Shown: positions 1 through 14,253 of the stretch, one piece after another
How positions within the stretch are numbered: the stretch's first letter is position 1
Layout: every line of letters begins with the position of its first letter
Origin: Candidatus Nezhaarchaeales archaeon
GTDB taxonomy: Archaea > Thermoproteota > Methanomethylicia > Nezhaarchaeales > WYZ-LMO8
NCBI GenBank assembly: GCA_038887515.1
Contig: JAWAKK010000002.1
Coordinates: 224,001 to 288,000 of the forward strand
Direction: 5' to 3'
Length of the DNA stretch: 64,000 bases
The notes under the pieces: generated by a model
Told to the model about the DNA's origin: nothing
The model's database searches: none
The model's input: only the letters and a program-made list of their open reading frames with translations
Made by a program: the position numbers and the translations under genes

Positions 1-1688
1 TTTAAGAAGCGTAGCGGCAGAGCGTCGTGGCTTCTATCGAAACCCTCTCTGGCGTTGAAGAGCCTTTCCAAGTTGTATATCCTCTCTCCTATCTTGTAGA
101 ACTCCTCTTCGTCAACGTAGAAACCAGTTGCTGTTGTTAGTAGCCTCGCGTAATGGGTTGGCTCGTAAGCCAGCGTCGAGAATAAGGCTAGCATTGTAAA
201 TTTGCACATTATCAACGAGTCTATTACGGCCGAGACGTCCTGCATCCTCTTGACGAGCTCTGCCTTACCCTCATAGGACAGAGGATCTATGTACTTGGGG
301 ACGCCAAGGATCTCGCTGATCACGACGTAGGCCCTTAAGTGGCACCCTCCTCTATTAGAAGTTGCGTAAGCTAACGCCATCCCTTTAGCTCCTCGAGGAT
401 CGTAAGCTGGTAGCTCTAGACCCTTTACGTGGGCTGCTATGTCTTCGGCGTTAAGCATCTTTGATATTCGGCTAACGCCTTCGCCCACGATTTTACCTAG
501 ACCTCTCCTATACGCTGTATCGACTATAACCTTTAGTAAGGAGTCCGAATTGCCAAAATTGAGTTTTATGTTCACTTCGCTAAGCTTCTCTAATAGTCCC
601 TTCTCATAACACTCCATTAAGAAGCCTACGGTGTTCCCCAGCGAAATCGTATCAAGACCCAATTTATTGCATAAGTCGTTTGCTCGAGCTATGACGTTAA
701 TATCCGATATACCGCAATTCGGCCCTAAAGCCCATACACTTTCGTATTCTGGGCCCGAGGATATGACTTCCTTCCCATCAACAGTGTACTTCACTAAGCG
801 GCCGCACGCTATTGGACATCCGTAACATGCCGTCCTCTTCACGAGCATTACTTCAGTTATCTTCTCTCCGCAGACTTCTTCTGCTTTATCGTAGAAGCCT
901 CGCGTAAAGTTGTAGGAAGGAAAGACGCCTGCCCTATTCATCAGGTGCACTAGGAATGCCGTGCCGTAGCGCCCTAAGCTATCTCCGGTAATCGGATTCC
1001 CCCTTAACACGTCGAGCGTCTTCCTAACTTCTTCATTGAAAGCCTTTGGATTAGCTACTTTAACTTCGCCGGTCCCCTTAACTGCTATAGCCTTTAAATT
1101 CTTGGATCCCATGACTGCGCCTAGGCCACCCCTACCCGCGGCCCTGTGTTTATCGCTTATGATGCAAGCAATCTTTACGAGGTTTTCGCCAGCTGGACCA
1201 ATACAGCAAACCTTAACGTCCTCCAGCTTTAAATCTCTCTTTATTTCCTCTTCCGTAGCATCTGTTTCAAGACCCCAAATCTTACTTGCATCTCGTAGCT
1301 CGACTTTTCCGTCAGCAACGAATAGGTATACGGGGCTAACGCTCTTTCCTCTAACTATTATTCCATCGAAGCCAGCTTTCTTCAGCTCAGGTCCCCATGA
1401 CCCTCCGCACTGAGAGTCAAAGATTGTGCCGGTCAAAGGTGACTTCGAGGATACAGCAAATCGACCTGATGTAGGCGCCCTTGTCCCAGTCAAGGGCCCA
1501 GTCATAAACACTAGGATGTTTTCCTCATCTAGAGGGTTAGTACCTGGCCTTAACGAGTCGAAGAGGAACTTCGCCGAGTATCCTCGGCCGCCCACGTACT
1601 TCATAGCTATATCCCAGTTGAGATCTACGATGGTCACGTCGCCACTAGACAAATCTGCATCTAGTATTTTGCCTGTATAGCCGCTCAA
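1..1688 (-). CDS. aor: Aldehyde:ferredoxin oxidoreductase family protein (runs off window start)
   Basis: Manual minus-strand translation from TTG at 1688: MSGYTGKILDADLSSG, then YVGGRG, SPLTG..DSQCGG, AAGRGGLGAVMGSKNLKAIAV, CYGCPIACGR, HVKGLELPAYDPRG and ATSNRGGCHL; divergent from a MoaD-like gene. Confidence 0.93.
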   Translation of the reverse strand, partial: MSGYTGKILDADLSSGDVTIVDLNWDIAMKYVGGRGYSAKFLFDSLRPGTNPLDEENILVFMTGPLTGTRAPTSGRFAVSSKSPLTGTIFDSQCGGSWGPELKKAGFDGIIVRGKSVSPVYLFVADGKVELRDASKIWGLETDATEEEIKRDLKLEDVKVCCIGPAGENLVKIACIISDKHRAAGRGGLGAVMGSKNLKAIAVKGTGEVKVANPKAFNEEVRKTLDVLRGNPITGDSLGRYGTAFLVHLMNRAGVFPSYNFTRGFYDKAEEVCGEKITEVMLVKRTACYGCPIACGRLVKYTVDGKEVISSGPEYESVWALGPNCGISDINVIARANDLCNKLGLDTISLGNTVGFLMECYEKGLLEKLSEVNIKLNFGNSDSLLKVIVDTAYRRGLGKIVGEGVSRISKMLNAEDIAAHVKGLELPAYDPRGAKGMALAYATSNRGGCHLRAYVVISEILGVPKYIDPLSYEGKAELVKRMQDVSAVIDSLIMCKFTMLALFSTLAYEPTHYARLLTTATGFYVDEEEFYKIGERIYNLERLFNAREGFDRSHDALPLRFL

Positions 1689-1757
1689 CCTTGATCCCTA
1701 ACGATTCTCTTCACTTCTTATTAAAAAATATAGTTGAGTGCTTGCGGTATTTTCGTT

Positions 1758-2045
1758 GTGAAAGTTAAAGTTGAGGTCTTTGGGTCCTTGAGGGAAGTTA
1801 TGGGCTGGAAGAGCATTGAAGTAGAGTTAAGTGAAGACTCGACGTTAGGGCAACTCCTTGAGCTTCTCGTAGAACAAAAGCCCGAGGTGCGGGAGCTTAT
1901 ATTTGAAGGTGGCGAGTTGAAGGATTACTTAAAGGTACTAGTGGACGGGAGGGACTGTAGGCTCCTAGGAGGCTTAAAGGCTAAGCTTAACGACCTTTCT
2001 ATAGTATCGATATTTCCTCCAGCCGGAGGGGGCATGGAAGCCTAG
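1758..2045 (+). CDS. MoaD/ThiS (SAMP-like) ubiquitin-fold sulfur carrier
   Basis: VKVEVFGSLRE...VLVDGRD...VSIFPPAGGG; start taken as GTG 1758 (track start 1734); C-terminal extension after the glycines. Confidence 0.88.
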   Translation: MKVKVEVFGSLREVMGWKSIEVELSEDSTLGQLLELLVEQKPEVRELIFEGGELKDYLKVLVDGRDCRLLGGLKAKLNDLSIVSIFPPAGGGMEA

Positions 2046-2047
2046 CT

Positions 2048-2209
2048 TTATGTCTCCTTCTCCCTCTTCCTTAAGCTTAGGCACTGGGGATCAGGTTTTT
2101 CGCAATGTCTTTTTGCATCGCTTAAGCCGACGAATATCGCCCCACAATACTTGCACTTAAACACCCTCCCCACGTTCTCCATTCGAGTTAAGGTTATCTC
2201 CTTAGGCAA
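2048..2209 (-). CDS. Small zinc-finger protein, 53 aa (C2H2/C2HC-like)
   Basis: Not in ORF track. Translation MPKEITLTRMENVGRVFKCKYCGAIFVGLSDAKRHCEKPDPQCLSLRKREKET has F-x-C-x2-C-x3-F-x8-H; starts 4 nt after the tiaS stop. Confidence 0.65.
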   Translation of the reverse strand: MPKEITLTRMENVGRVFKCKYCGAIFVGLSDAKRHCEKPDPQCLSLRKREKET

Positions 2210-2213
2210 TCCC

Positions 2214-3554
2214 TCATCGCTCAATGGTTAGAACCCTCCTCAAACTTATTTCCTCCAACAAGTAAAACCCTTTCTTCTCAAGGCCGTATCTTCTAAACGG
2301 TTTAGCTAGGTGCCTCATTGACCTCGGTGGAGGCAGATACATTCCTTCGACGTCTCTTCGAGGAAGCTTTAAGGACGTCTTGAAACCTTCAATAGTCTTA
2401 AAACCACACTTGCTACACTTATAGCCTCCTCTCCTTCCTAAGCTCTTTAAGCTTTTTCGACACTTTGGGCATGAAGGGTTCTTCTCGACAACTTTTTCTA
2501 TAGCTCTCAGGACCACGAGCTTCTCAAGGTTTATAGATAACAGGTCCGTACTCGGAAGTCTCCTAACCCCACCGTAGACCTCTACTTCATCGCCTACTAC
2601 GAGCTTCTCGGCCGCTCGCTTTATATCGCCCGACTGCTTGTAAGCAGCGCAATAAAATTCGTCCCCTCCATCAGATACCGTAAATATAACGTGCCCCCCA
2701 CTTATGACTTTTGGTTTGGAAGCTACTTCCCCCTTTATACATATCGAGTAGTAGGGCTCTACGTCCCTTATCCTTTTAACTTTTAGGTAGTGGCAGTCAG
2801 TCCCTTGATTGCTCCTAAATAGCAGAGAGCCTACGGGCACGCTATTGATCTTCAAGATCCTCGAAGCCTCAAATAATATTTGAGGATTTTCCCCTCTAAT
2901 GCCGTAAAGGACTGGGTCGGGCCCACGCGGTGTTATTAGAATTCTACCCGTTTCTGGATCTACATTGTTGAACGTGTAGGGCCACGTCTCGAGCTCCATA
3001 GTCCAAACACTGTTGTAATCTACTAACCTACCGGCCCCCTCATCTCTATAGGTCAGGAGCTCGTACGTATGATCGCCCTTCATTAGGGAGCCTATAGCAG
3101 CTAAGGAGCCTATGAGACCTAAACCACTTCTAGTCTTAATGACTTTAACGTCGTGCTTCTGCGCTAGATCGACCGCTTCGCGCCAAGGTACTACGCGGTT
3201 TAAAGCGATTTCGTAGAAGTCCAAGAAGTCTTCATGAACCTCTCCATGTAGTATCGCTACTACAGGGTCGCAGTCGTAAAACCTTTCAGTGTAGCTCTTT
3301 AGCTTTGATTGGAGTAGCTTCATGAAGTCTAGGATTTCACTGCTTAGAATTTTCATCCTTAAACATACAGCGCCGTTACCTCTAGTTTTCCAAGGTATGT
3401 TGGGGTTTAGCCTTGCTAAGATAGGATAATCCAGTAGCTTAACTTCAAACCGCTTAGCGACTTCTCTAAGAACCTCGAAGGCGAAGTGCGTCGTACACCC
3501 ACCATTCCAAGAATCTACGCTATCAATACCTACGTGGAGGACGTCGTAGGACAC
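2214..3554 (-). CDS. tiaS: tRNA(Ile2) 2-agmatinylcytidine synthetase
   Basis: HVGIDSVDS..GGCTTH, LNPNIPWKTRGNG, PDPVLYGIRG, NQGTD, OB-fold and C-terminal CxxC/CxxC Zn ribbon. Confidence 0.93.
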   Translation of the reverse strand: MSYDVLHVGIDSVDSWNGGCTTHFAFEVLREVAKRFEVKLLDYPILARLNPNIPWKTRGNGAVCLRMKILSSEILDFMKLLQSKLKSYTERFYDCDPVVAILHGEVHEDFLDFYEIALNRVVPWREAVDLAQKHDVKVIKTRSGLGLIGSLAAIGSLMKGDHTYELLTYRDEGAGRLVDYNSVWTMELETWPYTFNNVDPETGRILITPRGPDPVLYGIRGENPQILFEASRILKINSVPVGSLLFRSNQGTDCHYLKVKRIRDVEPYYSICIKGEVASKPKVISGGHVIFTVSDGGDEFYCAAYKQSGDIKRAAEKLVVGDEVEVYGGVRRLPSTDLLSINLEKLVVLRAIEKVVEKNPSCPKCRKSLKSLGRRGGYKCSKCGFKTIEGFKTSLKLPRRDVEGMYLPPPRSMRHLAKPFRRYGLEKKGFYLLEEISLRRVLTIER

Positions 3555-3628
3555 ACTTTAGCCTCCAATCTCCTAGAGGATGTACGTCTTACTAAGCTTA
3601 AATATCTGAAGTCCCCAGCTTCTACACG

Positions 3629-3931
3629 GGTGCCGGGAGAGGTCGGGCAGCCTTCGGGCGCTCCGTGCGCCTGAGGAAAGTCCCCCTCCGTCGGGGAGCG
3701 CGGCGCCGTAAGGCGCCAGCCGAGAGGCTGGGGGTTAAGCCAAAGAAACGACACGCCTACCAACTTATGGCCATGATGGGCCCAAAACCTTGAGGACGTT
3801 GGTAGAAGCGTTGAAACGTGGCGACCCCCGCGCGGAATAAGGTGTGCCACGATGAGCCCCCGATGAGTGGCGTACCGCATTAGTCGGATGCTGCTTAAAC
3901 AGAAGGGGGATTACGAACCTCACCCGGCACC
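3629..3931 (+). ncRNA. rnpB: RNase P RNA
   Basis: P1 ends GGTGCCGGG/CCCGGCACC; P4 strands GAGGAAAGTCCCCC and AACAGAAGGGGG..TTA; internal GAAACG motifs; about 300 nt. Confidence 0.93.
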
Positions 3932-3999
3932 TCATCAACTGCAAGCAAAACCTCTACGAGACCTCCTATTCGAGGCGCACCTACCTCTATGTGACGTAA

Positions 4000-4012
4000 A
4001 CAATATATAGGT
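4000..4012 (+). promoter_or_regulatory. Probable TATA box of the rRNA operon
   Basis: AAACAATATATAG upstream of a structured GC-rich leader preceding 16S. Confidence 0.45.
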
Positions 4013-4170
4013 TGCAATCACTATTCCTTATGCACCACGGTGGCGGTGTCGAACGGACTGTGAGGGGCTTCTTCTGGCCCCTAGAATGAAAGTTCGACCT
4101 CCAGCCGTGGGATACTAGTGGGGATCCAAACAAACCGAGCCCATTGAAAGCTCGGATGTTTGGGTCCGAC

Positions 4171-4202
4171 GTGGGGTTGGCGGAGCCCGGTTATCTAGGA
4201 TG
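4171..4202 (+). other. 5' arm of 16S pre-rRNA processing stem (pairs with about 5733-5766)
   Basis: GGGGTTGGCGGAGCCCG complements CGGGCTCCGCCGCCCC; central GTTA/TAAC helix gives a relaxed bulge-helix-bulge. Confidence 0.7.
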
Positions 4203-4234
4203 ACCCCGCTAGGGGTCTTGCGGCCGCTCTTCCG

Positions 4235-5737
<1,503 letters not shown>

Positions 5738-5860
5738 TAACATCGGGGCGGGCTCCGCCGCCCCACCTCAAAGTACCTTCTTCATCAATAAGATCGTTAA
5801 TGCAGCCCAAGAAGGGCCCCTTCTTGGGTGAAGGGCGGAGCGAGTCTCGATGAGCTGTGA

Positions 5861-5905
5861 CCGCCGTGCATAGGTCTATGTCCTGCCCGTAGCCCGTGGG
5901 CTCAA
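5861..5905 (+). other. 5' arm of 23S pre-rRNA processing stem with canonical BHB (pairs with 9043-9087)
   Basis: TCCT-GCCC-gta-GCCCG pairs with CGGGC-GGGT-aaa-AGGA: 4-bp helix flanked by two 3-nt bulges inside a long stem. Confidence 0.88.
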
Positions 5906-9041
<3,136 letters not shown>

Positions 9042-9141
9042 TTTGAGCCCGCGGGCGGGTAAAAGGACGTAGACCTATGCGCGGCGGACCCTTTCTTACA
9101 TTGGCAAAATTTTTAGTGTCCTTTCTATAGTCTCTCATTTT

Positions 9142-9232
9142 GGGCTCGTAGCTCAGCATGGTCAGAGCGCTCGGCTGATAAGATGTCTCAGACACCGAGA
9201 GGTCGGGGGTTCAAGTCCCCCCGAGCCCACCA
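9142..9232 (+). tRNA. tRNA-Ile(GAT) with 13-nt intron at 37/38 (9181-9193), encoded CCA
   Basis: Acceptor GGGCTCG/CGAGCCC; anticodon arm CTCGG-CT-GAT-A^A-CCGAG; BHB CTGA/TCAG with TAA and ACA bulges. Confidence 0.95.
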
Positions 9233-9242
9233 CCCTTCGAGA

Positions 9243-9316
9243 GGGCCGGTAGATCAGCCTGGTGGATCGCCCGCTTCGCAAGCGGGAGGTCGCGGGTTCA
9301 AGTCCCGCCCGGTCCA
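9243..9316 (+). tRNA. tRNA-Ala(CGC)
   Basis: GGGCCGG/CCGGTCC with G3:U70; anticodon arm CCCGC-TT-CGC-AA-GCGGG; GGTTCAAGTCC T arm. Confidence 0.95.
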
Positions 9317-9467
9317 CCTTCTTTTAGCTATGCTAGTGCGGGATCGAGCAAAAACGGGAGGCTAAGCGCGGTAAGTTACCGCAATCTTCATGGTACAGCC
9401 CTAGCCGAGAGCGATAAAGTTAATAGAAGAACCATCTAAAAACTACTATAAAACGCTGGTGATATTC

Positions 9468-9626
9468 TTGAGTGAAAAGGAGGAGAAGAAAGGGAAAGTC
9501 GAGGATGTAGTCGAGAAGACTGGAGAGGTTATAGGTAAGGGCGTAAAGAAAGGGTTTGAAACAGTAAAAGCCCTTGGAAAGGGTATCGCAAAAGGAGTTA
9601 AAGGTGAGAAGAAAGAAGAAAGCTGA
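9468..9626 (+). CDS. Small Lys/Glu/Gly-rich amphipathic helical protein, 52 aa
   Basis: Not in ORF track. GGTGA SD then TTG: MSEKEEKKGKVEDVVEKTGEVIGKGVKKGFETVKALGKGIAKGVKGEKKEES. Confidence 0.7.
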   Translation: MSEKEEKKGKVEDVVEKTGEVIGKGVKKGFETVKALGKGIAKGVKGEKKEES

Positions 9627-9819
9627 AGGCCTAGAAGCTATCGAGAGTATAAATGAAATTTTCATTACACCTTAAAACGCCACGTATTATAGCATAAGGC
9701 GGTAAAGGTCAGCTTAAAGGTGCCTCTACCAACAAGTTATTACGGCTAGCTTTAAGTTAAGAGCTAAATAGGCTTATTAGCAACTTAGCCTCGGCTCTCC
9801 GATTAGACGGTGCGAAGCC

Positions 9820-12261
9820 ATGAAGGATCTAGGGAAGTTTAGCCCTAAGAGTTATGAGCCGAAGTGGATGGAGTATTGGGAGGAAAAAGGGGTTTACCGT
9901 TTTGATAGGTCGCTAATTGGAGTTAAGCCTGTCTACGTTATCGACACCCCTCCACCCTACCCTAGTGGGGAGTTTCACGTTGGCAACTCGTTAAATTGGT
10001 GCTATATGGATTTCGTAGCGAGATACAAGCGGATGCAAGGATATAACGTCTTCTTCCCGCAAGGTTGGGACTGCCATGGTCTTCCAACTGAAGTTAGGGC
10101 TGAACGCGCGTTAGGAATTAGGAAGAGGGATGTCGACCCGAAGAGGTTTAAAGAGATATGTGCAAAGCTAACGGATGACTGGATAAAGCCCATGAGAGAG
10201 GCCATTAGGCGTTTAGGCTACTCCGTTGACTGGAGCTTGGAGTACAAGACTATGGATCCGAGCTACTGGAGAAAGACTCAACTATCCTTCGTTCTACTGT
10301 ACGAGAAGGGATTGATATACAGAGGAGAGCACCCTGTTAACTGGTGTCCTCGCTGCGAGACGGCTATAGCTGAAGCGGAGATAGAGTACGTCGAAAGGAG
10401 CACTACGCTAAACTACATAGCCTTTGAAGTTGAAGGAAGCGATCCAATAGTCATAGCTACAACTAGACCCGAGCTCCTATCTTCATGTGTCGCAGTTTTC
10501 GTTAACCCCGCAGACGTCAGGTACAAGGGCTATGTAGGTCTCAAGGCTAGGGTGCCACTATTCAATAGGCTCGTGCCAATAATGGTTGACGACGCAGTCG
10601 ATATGACTTTTGGATCTGGCGCCGTTATGGTTTGCACTTATGGAGACAAGACCGACGTAAAGTGGCAAAAGCGCTACAACCTCCCAGTGATAACGTCAAT
10701 AACTGACGATGGGAGGATGAACGAAAACGCTGGGCCCTATATTGGGCTAAGCGTAGAGGAAGCGCGAAGAAGGATAATTAAGGATCTAGCCGATAAGGGT
10801 CTTATAATTAAGCAAGAGCAGGTCGCACAGCACGTAGGAACCTGTTGGCGTTGCCATACTCCAATAGAAATTCTACCGCGTTTCCAATGGTTCATGAAAA
10901 CTTCTTCTTTAAAAGAAGTAGTTATAGAAAAAGCTAACGAGATAAAGTGGATACCCCAATACGCGAAGCAGAGGCTCATAGATTGGGTCGAATCAACCGA
11001 GTGGGATTGGGTTATATCGAGGCAAAGGATCTTTGCAACGCCCATACCGGCTTGGTACTGCAAGAAGTGCGGTCACATCATAGTATCGAAGCCTGAATGG
11101 CTTCCAGTGGATCCTAGAGAACAACAACCTCCACTGGATGGTTGTCCTAAGTGTGGTTCGCGCGAATTCGTAGGCGAGAGCGACGTAATGGATACTTGGA
11201 TGGATTCTTCGATAACGTGCGCTGTCATTGCAGGTTGGCCAGACGATATGGAATTGTTCAGCAAGCTATACCCTAACGATCTCCAGCCGAACGGTTACGA
11301 CATAATAAGGACATGGGACTACTACTTATTGGTCAGGCATTTAGCCTTGTTTGGTGAAGTTCCGTACAAGGTAGCCTTAATCAACGGCATGGTTCGTGGA
11401 ACCGATGGAAGGATGATGCATAAGTCCTATGGCAACTACATAGAAGTCAAAGAGGTGATCGAGAAGTACTGTGCAGATGCTCTAAGGCAGTGGGCTGCCA
11501 GTGGTTCCACGGGTTACGACATAAGGTTCAGGTGGGAGGACGTCGACTATGCATGGCGTTTTCTAATAAAGTTGTGGAATGCTTCGCGCTTCATAATTAC
11601 AAATACGGCTGACTACGACTATTCTAAGCCAAGCGAGCTAAAGCTCCTAGACATTTGGCTCTTAACTAAACTTAGAAAAACCGTAGAGCAAGTCACGAAG
11701 GCTATGGAGGAGATGTGCTTCAACGAGGCCCTCGATGCAATTAGAAACTTCGTTTGGCACATCTTCTGCGATCACTACATAGAGGCCGTCAAGTACAGGC
11801 TTTACGGGCAAAGTACGCTTGAAAGCAAGATATCGGCCCAATATACCCTCACAAAATCCCTATACGTAACGTTGAGGCTTCTAGCACCCTTCTGTCCATT
11901 CATAACCGAGGAGTTGTATCACGCCGCCTTTAAGGATAAGGTGGGGGTTGATAGCATCCACTTGACCCCATGGCCTTCAAGTTCGGAGTGCGAGTTCGAT
12001 GAGGGGCTTGAGGCTAAAGGAGACGTCGTAGTAGCCACTATAGCAGCCGTCAGGAGACTTAAGATAAAGAACAGGCTATCCCCAGGCCACCCCCTAAAGA
12101 CTTTATGGATAGCTCCTTCCTCTAGGAGCGAAGCGATAAAGCTAGGGGTTGAGGACATAGGGGGTACATGCCGAGCGCAGGAACTCTTGATGGCTGATAA
12201 CTTAGAAGACGGCGTTCCAGTAGACGAGTATCCGGAGGTAAGGTTCAAGTTTGAAGTTTAG
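9820..12261 (+). CDS. valS: Valine--tRNA ligase
   Basis: IDTPPPYPSG..HVGN, GWDCHGLPTE, ATTRPE editing domain, DWVISRQR, KMSKS variant MMHKS. Confidence 0.95.
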   Translation: MKDLGKFSPKSYEPKWMEYWEEKGVYRFDRSLIGVKPVYVIDTPPPYPSGEFHVGNSLNWCYMDFVARYKRMQGYNVFFPQGWDCHGLPTEVRAERALGIRKRDVDPKRFKEICAKLTDDWIKPMREAIRRLGYSVDWSLEYKTMDPSYWRKTQLSFVLLYEKGLIYRGEHPVNWCPRCETAIAEAEIEYVERSTTLNYIAFEVEGSDPIVIATTRPELLSSCVAVFVNPADVRYKGYVGLKARVPLFNRLVPIMVDDAVDMTFGSGAVMVCTYGDKTDVKWQKRYNLPVITSITDDGRMNENAGPYIGLSVEEARRRIIKDLADKGLIIKQEQVAQHVGTCWRCHTPIEILPRFQWFMKTSSLKEVVIEKANEIKWIPQYAKQRLIDWVESTEWDWVISRQRIFATPIPAWYCKKCGHIIVSKPEWLPVDPREQQPPLDGCPKCGSREFVGESDVMDTWMDSSITCAVIAGWPDDMELFSKLYPNDLQPNGYDIIRTWDYYLLVRHLALFGEVPYKVALINGMVRGTDGRMMHKSYGNYIEVKEVIEKYCADALRQWAASGSTGYDIRFRWEDVDYAWRFLIKLWNASRFIITNTADYDYSKPSELKLLDIWLLTKLRKTVEQVTKAMEEMCFNEALDAIRNFVWHIFCDHYIEAVKYRLYGQSTLESKISAQYTLTKSLYVTLRLLAPFCPFITEELYHAAFKDKVGVDSIHLTPWPSSSECEFDEGLEAKGDVVVATIAAVRRLKIKNRLSPGHPLKTLWIAPSSRSEAIKLGVEDIGGTCRAQELLMADNLEDGVPVDEYPEVRFKFEV

Positions 12262-12266
12262 GGAAG

Positions 12267-13505
12267 GTGGTATCGATAAGTATAGACAAGGTGAGGCTGG
12301 AGCGGCTAGTCAAGGAGTTGAAGTCCAAAAAGGGTAGGGGGACGGAGCTAATATCACTGTATATACCCGCAGGTAGACCACTTGGAGAAGTAACCTCGGC
12401 ACTAAGAGAGGAGCTATCGACGGCCGCTAACATAAAAGATAGGACTACAAGGCACCACGTACTCGACGCTCTCACAGTAACCCTTCAGAGACTTAAGATG
12501 TTTACTTCAACTCCGAAGAACGGTTTAGTTATCTTCGCAGGTTACATCCCTAAAGGCGCTCCGGGAAGCGAGAAGATGGAGGTCTACGTTTTAGAGCCTC
12601 CAGAGCCCATAAACACGTACCTTTACAGATGCGACTCACGCTTTCACACGGAGATCCTAGAAGAGATGCTGGAAGAGAAGGGTAGCTACGGCATCATAGT
12701 AATCGATAGGAGTAGCGCAACCTTCGCCTTACTTACCGGAAAGAGATTAAAGATACTCGACGAGATAACTTCAGGCGTACCTGGGAAGCATAGCGCTGGA
12801 GGCCAGTCGGCTAGGAGGTTTGAGAGGGTAATAGAGATTATGGCCCACGAGTTCTATAAGAGGGCTGGAGAGTACGCTCAGAAGCTGTTCTCTGAAGTCA
12901 AAGACCTCAAAGGAATTATCTTAGGAGGGCCGGGCCCTACGAAGAACGACTTCTACGATGGCGACTACCTGCCTTACGACATAAAAAGGATGGTCGTAGG
13001 GATAGTCGATGTCGGATACACGGGGGAAGAGGGGGTCTATGAGGTCATAGAAAGAGCTCAGAGTCTTCTCGAGGGGGTAAGGTACGTCCACGAGAAACAA
13101 GTCATCCAGAAATTCCTAGAATACTTGGCTAAGAGGAGCGACCTCGTCGCTTACGGCTATAGAGAAGTATACAGGTTCTTAAGGCAAGGCATCGTCGACA
13201 CCCTAATAATATCCGAGGAAGCCCCCCTTACGTATTTAAAGGCCCAGTGTAGCAATTGCGGATGGGCTAGGGAGGAACTCGCTAGGGAGGAGGACCTAGA
13301 GGCATTTAAGTTGGAGAATGCTAAGTGCCCCGTATGCGGTCAACAGACGAGCGTAGAGCAGGGAGACGCTATAGAACACCTAGTGGAGGTCTCCAAGACC
13401 TTCAACACCAAGTGCGAAATAATTTCTACTGGAACCGAGGAGGGAAAAGGTTTCTTAGAGTCCTTTAAGGGTATAGCGGCTATACTTAGGTACGTCCCCC
13501 AATAG
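12267..13505 (+). CDS. prf1: Peptide chain release factor aRF1
   Basis: GTELISLYIP, NIK, YRCDSRF, GGQ motif. Confidence 0.97.
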   Translation: MVSISIDKVRLERLVKELKSKKGRGTELISLYIPAGRPLGEVTSALREELSTAANIKDRTTRHHVLDALTVTLQRLKMFTSTPKNGLVIFAGYIPKGAPGSEKMEVYVLEPPEPINTYLYRCDSRFHTEILEEMLEEKGSYGIIVIDRSSATFALLTGKRLKILDEITSGVPGKHSAGGQSARRFERVIEIMAHEFYKRAGEYAQKLFSEVKDLKGIILGGPGPTKNDFYDGDYLPYDIKRMVVGIVDVGYTGEEGVYEVIERAQSLLEGVRYVHEKQVIQKFLEYLAKRSDLVAYGYREVYRFLRQGIVDTLIISEEAPLTYLKAQCSNCGWAREELAREEDLEAFKLENAKCPVCGQQTSVEQGDAIEHLVEVSKTFNTKCEIISTGTEEGKGFLESFKGIAAILRYVPQ

Positions 13506-13560
13506 CTTACTCCCTTACGTTCGAAAGCTTATTTTAAAGCAACTTCCCTTACCTTTAGTT

Positions 13561-14253
13561 ATGGGGTCTCGCGAGAACTACGTAGTGAAGCTTGGAGGGC
13601 ACGTCTTAATAGATGAATGTGGCCTACCAAGAAGCGAGGTTTTGTCGAAGTTCATAGGCATCGTTGAAAGCCTTTGGGTCGAAGGCGTACGGGTACATAC
13701 CGTCGTTGGAGGAGGGAAGACGGCTAGGCTATACATAGAAGCGCTCGCCGCCCTAGGCGCACCAAAGACTTTTCGTGACATGGTGGGGATAGAGGTAGCG
13801 AAGCTAAACGCTAAGCTTCTCACCTATGCCTTGGGGAGCAGGGGGGTAAAGGCCCTCTTCATAGATTCCCTCTCTTTGGTCAGCAAAGGTGAAGAACATC
13901 TATACGTACTAGGGGGTATAAGCCCAGCGCAATCAACTACGGCCGTAGCAGCGCTACTGGCAGAAGCCTTATGCGCTTCAAAACTCGTGGTGGCAACGGA
14001 TGTTAACGGTCTCTACACTGATGATCCGAAGAGGAACCCAGAAGCCATACTTCTAAAGAAGGTTAAGCTTAAGGACGCTATAGGCTTTCTTAAACCGGCT
14101 TCGGAGCCCGGAAGCTACGAACTCCTCGACTCCGTAGCCCTTCAAGTGATAGAGAGGTCGAAGATACCTACGCAAATAGTCAACGGTTTAGACCCTCGAA
14201 ACATAGAAAAAGCCATTAAAGGGGAAGAGGTAGGTACACTAATTGTTCCTTAG
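13561..14253 (+). CDS. pyrH: Uridylate kinase
   Basis: VVKLGG, VVGGGKTAR, STTAVAALLAE, ATDVNGLYTDDP. Confidence 0.9.
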   Translation: MGSRENYVVKLGGHVLIDECGLPRSEVLSKFIGIVESLWVEGVRVHTVVGGGKTARLYIEALAALGAPKTFRDMVGIEVAKLNAKLLTYALGSRGVKALFIDSLSLVSKGEEHLYVLGGISPAQSTTAVAALLAEALCASKLVVATDVNGLYTDDPKRNPEAILLKKVKLKDAIGFLKPASEPGSYELLDSVALQVIERSKIPTQIVNGLDPRNIEKAIKGEEVGTLIVP

